Source: Camelus dromedarius
Taxonomy: Eukaryota
Length of the DNA: 64,000 nucleotides
Direction: 5' to 3'
NCBI RefSeq assembly: GCF_036321535.1
Contig: NC_087464.1
Span: 8,122,001-8,186,000 of the forward strand
The notes under the pieces: generated by a model
Seen by the model: the letters and a program-made list of their open reading frames with translations, nothing else
Databases searched by the model: none
Told to the model about the DNA's origin: nothing
Made by a program: the position numbers and the translations under genes
Shown: piece by piece, positions 57,586 to 64,000 of the stretch
How the letters are laid out: the number at the start of each line of letters is the position of its first letter
How positions within the stretch are numbered: position 1 is the stretch's first letter

Positions 57586-59625
57586 AGATTTCTGGTCAAG
57601 GTGGTGGAGCAGTAGGACCACAAGCTCGCCTCTTCTCGCGACTACAACGAAACCACAACTGAATGCTAAACAACCATCGAACAAAAGACTGGAACCTAGG
57701 ATAAAAGATCTTCTGCAACTGGAAACATAAAGAGGGAACCACAGCAGGATGGTAGGAGGGGCATATTCATGATAACTGGGCCCCATACCCCCTGGGGAGG
57801 GTGACCTACAAGCTGAAGAACAGTTAAGTCACAGACGCCCTCCCACAGGAGTGAGAGCTCTAAGCCCCACGTCAGGCTCCCCAGCCCAGGGTTCTGGCAC
57901 TGGGGGAGGAGGAGACCCCAGGACACCTGGTTTTGAAGGCCAGTGAGGCTTGGCTCCTGGAGCCCCAAGGGACTAGGGGAAATAGAGACTCCATTCACTT
58001 GGGTAACGTACACAGAAACTCACATGCACCAGTTCCAAGGGCAGAGGCAGTGATTTCATAGGAACCTGGGCCAGGCCTGCCTTCTGGTTTTGGAGGGTCT
58101 CCTGGGGACATGGGGGACAGCTACAGCTCACCGAGGGGGGCATAAAAGCTGGTGGCAGAAATTCCAGGAGTGTTCATCTACATGAGCTTTCCTGGAGGCT
58201 GACATCTTGATTGGATCATCAGCACCAAGACCTAGCCCCACCCAACAGCCTGTAGGGAAACCTCAGCCCAAATAACATACAGGGTGGGAACACAGCCCCA
58301 CCCATCAGCAGACCTCCTGAGCCACAAAGGCCTCTAGACACAGCCCTACCCACCAGAGGTCCAGGACTGAGCTTCACCCAGCAGTGGGCAGGCATGGGCT
58401 CCTCCTGCCAGGAAACCAGCATAAGCCTCTGGTCCAGCCTCATCCACCAGGGGCAGATACTAGAAATAAGGAAACAACAATCCCAAAGCCTGTGGAAGAA
58501 ATCCACAAACACAGGCCAGACTCTACACTGGGACTGGCTGGACCCTGACCCTTGGGTGACAAGAGAGGCGTGTACTGCTGGGACACATAAGACATCTCCC
58601 ACAGACGGCCAGCCACCTCTCCAAGGTCAAGAAAAGTAACTAACTTACCTAAAAATAAAAATAGAAAGATAGATGATATGAGGCAGCAAATGAATATCTC
58701 CCAGGCCAAGACACAAGATAAACTCCCAGAAGAAGAAATAAGTGATGAGGAGACAGGCAATTTATCTGAGAAAGAGTTTAAAGGAATGATGGCCAAGATG
58801 TTCAGAGAACTCAAGAGGAGTACAGATGTACAGAGTGAAGTTTTTAGCAAAGAGTTGGAAAATATAAAGAATACCCAAACAGAGTTGAAGAATAAAATCA
58901 CTGAAATGAATAACATACTAGAAGGAACCAAGAATAGACTAAATGAGGCAGAAGAACGGATCAGTGAGTTAGAAGACAGATTACTGAAAATCACTACTGC
59001 AGAACAGAAAAAGAATGAAAAGAAATGAAGATAATTTAAAAGAACTCTGGGACAACATGAAGTGCACTAATACTCATATTATAGGGGTCCCAGAAAGAGA
59101 AGAGAGAGAGAAAAGACCTGAGAAAATTTTTGGAGAGATAATCACCAAAAAATTCCCCAACTTGGGAAAGGAAACAGTCACCGAAGTCCAGGAAGCACAG
59201 AGAGTTCCACACAGGATCAACCCAAAGAGGAGCACAGCAAAGCACATAGTCATCAAATTGACAAAAATTTAGGATAAGGAGAAAATATTAAAATTAGAGA
59301 AAAGCCACAAATATCATACAAGGGAACTCCCATAAGATTATCAGCTGATTTTTTTGCAGAAACTCTACAGGCCAGAAGGGAGTGGTATGATATATTTAAA
59401 GTGATGAAAGGGGAAAACTTACAACCAAGAATGCTCTATCCAGCAAGGCTCTCGTTCAGATTTGAGGGAGAAATCAGAAGCTTCACAGACAAACAAAAGC
59501 TAAAAGATCTCAGCACCGCCAAACCAGCTTTATAACAAACGTGAAAGGACCTTCTCTAGTCATCAAACTGTAAGAAAAGAGAACAAAAAGAAGAAAGAGA
59601 TAAAAAAAAAAAAAAGACTTACAAA
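57586..59625 (+). mobile_element. L1 5' UTR (about 57590-58677) plus frameshifted ORF1 (58678-59559) and inter-ORF A-rich spacer
   Basis: Start 'caaggtggtggagcagtaggac' is a CpG-decayed AAGATGGCGGAG L1 start. ORF1p coiled coil 'ELKNKITEMNNILEGTKNRLNEAEERISELEDR' and RRM 'LWDNMKCTNTHIIGVPEREE...QEAQRVPHRINPKR...HIVIKL'; CTD DNA 'caggccagaagggagtggtatgatatatttaaagtgatgaaagg'. Confidence 0.95.
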
Positions 59626-59900
59626 ATATCGCTTTGGCAGTTCAGGATCTTTTGCGGTTCCTTATAAATTTTGGAGTTGTTTGTTTTAGTTCTGTGAGGA
59701 ATGTTGTTGAGTATTTTGACGGGGGTTGTGTTGGATCTGTGGATTGCTTTGGGTAGTGTGGCTATTTTGATAGTGTCTATTCTTCCAATCCAAGAGCACA
59801 AGAAATCTTTCCATGTCTTTGTGTCGTTTGGGTTTTCGGAGTATGGGTAACCTCCTTGGTTAAGTTTATTTCTAGGTATTTTGTTGTTCTGGATGCAATG
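59625..59900 (-). mobile_element. Inverted L1 ORF2 mid-region fragment
   Basis: Minus-strand translations 'KYLEINLTKEV' and 'CSWIGRIDTIKIATLPKAIHR' are L1 ORF2p motifs ([28 protein letters not shown]). Confidence 0.92.
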
Positions 59901-59959
59901 GAAATGTTTATGCCAGTTATAAAACTGTGGTTTTTGAAGTTAAAAAAAAAGTGCATGAA

Positions 59960-60165
59960 GAGCTGCAAATGGCAAAATATCTTTCTTTCATGTGAGTGAG
60001 TTGTATTCCATTATATATACACACACACACATACACACACACACACACTGCATCTTCTTTATCTATTCAACTATTGTATGCACTTAGGATGCTTCCATAT
60101 CTTGGCAACTGTAAATAATGTTGCTGTTAATAGCAGAGTGTATGTATCTTTTTGAATTAATTCTT
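59960..60165 (-). mobile_element. Inverted L1 ORF2 C-terminal fragment with an internal (CA)n (about 60017-60047)
   Basis: 'gctgcaaatggcaaaatatctttc...gtattccattatatatac...catcttctttatctattc...cacttaggatgcttccatatcttggcaactgtaaataatg...gtatctttttgaatta'. Confidence 0.85.
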
Positions 60166-60249
60166 ATTTTGTGGTTGGCTTTATTCCTTTGACAACTATG
60201 TAAGTTTAAAAAGCTAAAGCTCTAAACGTTCTTAGAAACAATGAACAAG

Positions 60250-60575
60250 TACATACATGTAAATTTAAAAAATATATATATGCAGTTAAAAAAATGAGCT
60301 ATCAAGCCATGAAAGACATGGAAGAAACTTAAAAGACATATTACTAAATGAAAGAAGCCAGTCTGAAAAGCTTACAAACTGTATGATTCCAACCAAATGA
60401 CATTCTGGAAAAGGCACAGCTACAGAAACAATAAAAAGATCATGGTTTCCAGAGGCGGGGAGAGGGAGGGAGGGAGGAATGAATAGATGGAGCCCAAGGG
60501 ATTTTTAGGGCAATGAAATTACTCTGTATGATACTATAGTGGTGGCTATGTGTCATTATGCATTTGTCAAGATAT
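60250..60575 (+). mobile_element. L1MC 3' end (resumes the ancient host element)
   Basis: 'aatgagctatcaagccatgaaagacatggaagaaactt...aagaagccagtctgaaaag...tgtatgattccaacc...ctggaaaaggc...gggcaatgaaattactctgtatgatacta'. Confidence 0.9.
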
Positions 60576-60999
60576 TCTAAGGAAAGGTTTTGACCCTGCT
60601 CCCAGTTGAAAGCAAACTCCTTGGAAGCCCAGACAGCATCGGTCTTTTCAAATTCTGTACTCAGTTCAGTTCCTCAGTGTTCTCAGTTCATAGAACAGTG
60701 CCTGGTACGTAGTAGGTCAATATTAGCCATTAAAAAAAAAAGTCAGGAATGAAGAGAGGGAATAGAAAATTTACAGAATTATAAGAAAATAATCTTTAAA
60801 ATAATTTCTCCAAATAAAGGTTCTTTCCTGCCTCTATTCTTCTATTTCCTCTATCCCACTCTCTCTTTTCTTTCCTCCCTTTCGTAACTTGGTCTTCATT
60901 TGTATATTGTTTAAAAACGGTGGCTGAATAACACCTGGAAAAGCTCAGCACTGGGATTCTTTGTTCTTCGCCTGTTCTCTTTACACCGAACTGAAAGGA

Positions 61000-61595
61000 T
61001 GAATAGAGTTATAGTCGTCAGCGTGTTGTAAATTATATGTTTATATTACTCATATATATCGTTAACAAAGGCTAATGATTCTACAAGTCTTATAATGAAA
61101 GCCATCTATTTATTCTGACACTTTCATACGTACTTCTAAATAATATTATATTTTTATATATTGATTTTTAAAAATTTACATATCATCTATTGATACCCTG
61201 CTATGAATGACTAATATCTAGTTCTCTTCTGCTTTCTCTCTCTCCCTCAACTGCATGTATCTTCTCCAATGCTCCTAATATTGTTAAATCAATATTAAGT
61301 GGTTACATTATTATGTGTATGAAATATTGTTCACAGACGAGATACCTAGAGTTCCATGATTAAAATAAACTCTCTTGTTCAACTTATCTTGTAAGATCAA
61401 GATTGCATTATTTTTGGTTTGCTTGAATCTCTACGCACCCATCATTTATTTGTTCTTAAAATCTCTAACACAGCTGTAAAGCTCTCTTAGTAAGATCAAA
61501 CATCCAGTAATATAATCCATCAGTTCCAGGGTTTTTTTTTTTTTTTAATCTTGAAGCCCTTCCTCCATCTTCCTGTTCCAAATTGTCCCTTTAGG
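61000..61595 (-). mobile_element. Ancient L1M fragment, antisense
   Basis: Decayed T-rich L1-like text, e.g. 'gctatgaatgactaatatctagttctc', 'caatattaagtggttacatt', 'catccagtaatataatccatcagttcc'. Confidence 0.4.
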
Positions 61596-61597
61596 CC

Positions 61598-61790
61598 AGG
61601 GATCTGCAAGCTTTTTCTGTAAAGAACTAAATGGTAAATATTTTAGGCTTTTGTTGTAACTACTCAACTCTATCATTATAGCAAAACAAAACAAAACAAA
61701 ACAAGAAAACCCAGCTCTAGACCATAACTAAGTAAATGGGCATAGCTGTGTCCCAATAAAACTTTTTTGTACAAACAGAACACAATCCTG
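61598..61790 (+). mobile_element. MER58A-like MITE with an internal (CAAAA)n expansion
   Basis: 'cagggatctgcaagctttttctgtaaagaactaaatggtaaatattttaggcttt...gtaactactcaactct...gggcatagctgtgtcccaataaaacttt'. Confidence 0.85.
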
Positions 61791-61899
61791 CTACCATGCT
61801 TTGTTGATTCCAGCCTGAGGCCCGCTTCCCAGCTGTCATCATGGGTCTTTTCTTATCATCATCCTCAGAAGACCATCCATGTCCCTCCTGTATTGGCTT

Positions 61900-62600
61900 C
61901 CCCATTTCTGAGGCTCATTTCTTCCTATTTCTTGGTTTCTTCTCTTGTTTCAATGAAACTTACCTCTCAGTAGATTTCTTATAAAAGTTGCATGGGACGT
62001 CATATTTTGAGCCATTGGTTGGATATAAATATTTGTGTTTTCCTCTCCCACTTGCTTAATGGTTGGCCTGGGTACAGAATTTTAGGTTGGAATTCAGTTT
62101 CTCATGCTATCAGGAGGCACTGTTCTATGGTGTTCTAGCTTCCAGTGCTCATTTTAGGAAGTCTGATGCCATTCTGGATTCCTGATTTTTTGAAACTAGC
62201 TTGATTTTTCAATCTGTTTTTTTCCCCTTCTTTTCTATGAAATGTTTCAGAGATACTGTTACACATAACAATATGAAAATATCCATGTTATGACCACCTT
62301 GCTTAAAAAAAAAACACAGTACAAACTGAAATTCCACGTACACCTCTTCCCAATCTCATTTCCCGGTTTCCTTTGCAAAGATAATCATAATTGGTGTTCT
62401 AACATTCTACGCCTTTTTAGATTTATTACCTAATAATGTATCCATGAACAATACAGAATATCGATTTGCATGTATTCAAACATCATATAAATGCTATCAT
62501 ATTATATATGATATTTTGAAACTTGCTTTTTCTCAGGCTTATATTTACTTGTGCTGACATATGTAGCTCTACTTACTTCCTTTTTTCCTATAATAAAACT
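61900..62600 (-). mobile_element. Ancient L1ME fragments, antisense
   Basis: 'gcctgggtacagaattttaggttgg...cttccagtgctcattttaggaagtctgatgccattct' (ORF1 region) and 'catatgtatccatgaacaata'-like 'aatgtatccatgaacaatacag...caaacatcatataaatgctatcata' (3' end). Confidence 0.6.
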
Positions 62601-62737
62601 ATGTGAATTTCCCAATAAAAATAGCCCACCAAACAGCTACTGAAATGAGTATTATACAAAGGCACATCATTATGACATTTTAGAGTGTCAGATATGAGAT
62701 AATAAGAGCTTCTAGAGGGCAAAAAATAATAAACCAT

Positions 62738-63143
62738 TTGGCGTGCTGGACATCTGTCCTTAAATCCATTCCTGCTTTTCTGTGCTTGGGGGGGGGGCGG
62801 TAAAAACCCTACAAACTATGTTTCTTATACGCTTGACCGAGGTTCTAATTATGTTCTGCAATAGAAGACAGCGGCATAAGATTGGAAGGTGAGAGGAAGA
62901 ACACAGCCACACTGCTCCTAGAGACAGCCACAGCCATGCCTCTTCAAGGCCCCGGCACAAGCTGAGTGATCCCTCCAGTGATGCAGAGATAGGGCAAGCC
63001 CAGGGGTCCAGCTGGGGTGATGGGAGCTTCCTCTTTGGTGGCTCCAGGATTTCCTTCCTTCTACATAGTCTTCTGTCTCTTTAGTAACCAGTTGCCTACA
63101 TTCAGCACATCTGTGTTTCCTGACTTTTCCCCCCAACTGACAC
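62738..63143 (+). mobile_element. LTR33-like ERVL solo LTR
   Basis: 'aaatccattcctgc...ctgtgcttggggg...ctacaaactatgtttc...gttctgcaatag...gattggaagg' and terminal 'tgtgtttcctgacttttcccccaactgacaca' parallel the LTR33 consensus as recalled. Confidence 0.6.
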
Positions 63144-63399
63144 ACTTGATTTATGCAGTATGACTGAGGAGCCCTTCTAAGAGTCCTCCCATCACAAGCA
63201 CCTAGGGATGCTGAATGAAATGTAAAATCTTCTTTTTAAATGCTGGATTTAGTAGAAAAGAAGATAAAGGAAATAGTCACAGGCCAAGAATAAGGTGGAA
63301 AATAAAAATTTAGAAAGTCTGAAAAACCCAACGGTAAGTGAGGGTTTGGAATAACTGAGCCCACATGACCTAGTGGAGGGAGCATGGATGGATACAGCT

Positions 63400-64000
63400 C
63401 TAATGGAAACTGGTTAGTAATGGCTAGGAAAGTTGCAGATAAACATTTCTCAGGACCCAGCAATTCTCCTTCTAGACATACACACTCTAGAGAAAAATCT
63501 CTCTTATGCACCCAAGGAGGAGTGTACAATGAAGCTCACAGAATTGCTGTTTAAAATAGTGAAACCTTGTCTGTCAGTAAGACAATTGACAAATTGTGGT
63601 AGAGTTAAAAAAAAATCGAGGGCGATACAAGACTTAAAAGTGATAAATATATGCGTCAACACTGATAAATCTCAAAAACATGATCACGAGTGAAGAAAAG
63701 CTACTTGTGGTTATTAAGCCTTTAGATAAAAATGTAAAACATGCGAAATAATACTATGTTGTACGTGGATATAGGGGTACCTAGTGAAAATATGAAACAT
63801 GTAAAAGCATGCATATGGATGATAAATACCAGTTCAGGGTAGGAATCAGCCCGGAGCAAGGAGAGCTGGGCAGGTTACAGGTACACAAGGAGAAACAAAG
63901 TATCCTGTAATGTTTTATTTATAGAAAATGAAAAAAGGTCTAAAAGAAATACAGCAAAACAGGTTTGGTGAACCTGGATTGATGGGGGCTACTTAAGTGC
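63400..64000 (+). mobile_element. Ancient L1ME 3' end
   Basis: 'gacccagcaattctccttctagacatac...aatctcaaaaacatgatcacgagtgaagaaaagc...gcatggatgataaataccagttcaggg'-like text. Confidence 0.7.

Noticed and set aside
57586-60165. Simple twin-priming L1 inversion
   Set aside because: The junction geometry is convergent and there is no poly-A end or TSD, unlike twin-priming products.
60457-60474. G-quadruplex GGGGAGAGGGAGGGAGGG
   Set aside because: The motif is real but lies in the G-rich part of an L1 3' UTR, a known feature of the repeat.
1-64000. ORF-track ORFs as cellular protein-coding genes
   Set aside because: Apart from L1 ORF1/ORF2 remnants, none resembles a protein I recognise. Many start at non-ATG codons, overlap on both strands or lie in repeats, and I found no consistent multi-exon reading frame.
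1-64000. CRISPR array, operon or prokaryotic defence system
   Set aside because: The sequence is mammalian (LINE/SINE/LTR content, CpG depletion) and has no regularly spaced repeat-spacer array.

Overview
This is mammalian genomic DNA: CpG-depleted, rich in repeats, with three sized N-gaps. It is most likely camelid (alpaca, llama or camel), because it has two copies of a tRNA-Ala-derived SINE of the camelid Vic-1 type and cetartiodactyl-style L1 3' ends, and I saw no Alu, Bov-A, PRE or B1/B2 SINEs. I could not recognise any cellular protein-coding gene, true tRNA or rRNA gene, CRISPR array or prokaryote-type system. The only ORFs I could assign to a known protein are decayed LINE-1 ORF1/ORF2 remnants. 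The window reads as intergenic or deep-intronic sequence. It contains ancient interspersed repeats (L1M, L2, MIR, MLT1, LTR33, MER5A/20/53/58A/81, a Tigger1 derivative), several solo ERV1-type LTRs, younger L1/SINE insertions with intact target-site duplications (TSDs), and a scrambled nested L1 cluster at 54.6-60.6 kb. The best leads are: short CpG-retaining patches with CTCF, NRF1/RFX and YY1 motifs; a possible minus-strand spliced transcript starting near 47.3 kb; a 43-nt L1 tail inserted into another L1 with a 16-bp TSD; and an L1 whose downstream pieces keep their order but are each inverted. I did not find convincing evidence of a new biological system. Repeat family names are from memory of consensus sequences, and most repeat boundaries are approximate (about +/-20-50 bp) unless a TSD is quoted.
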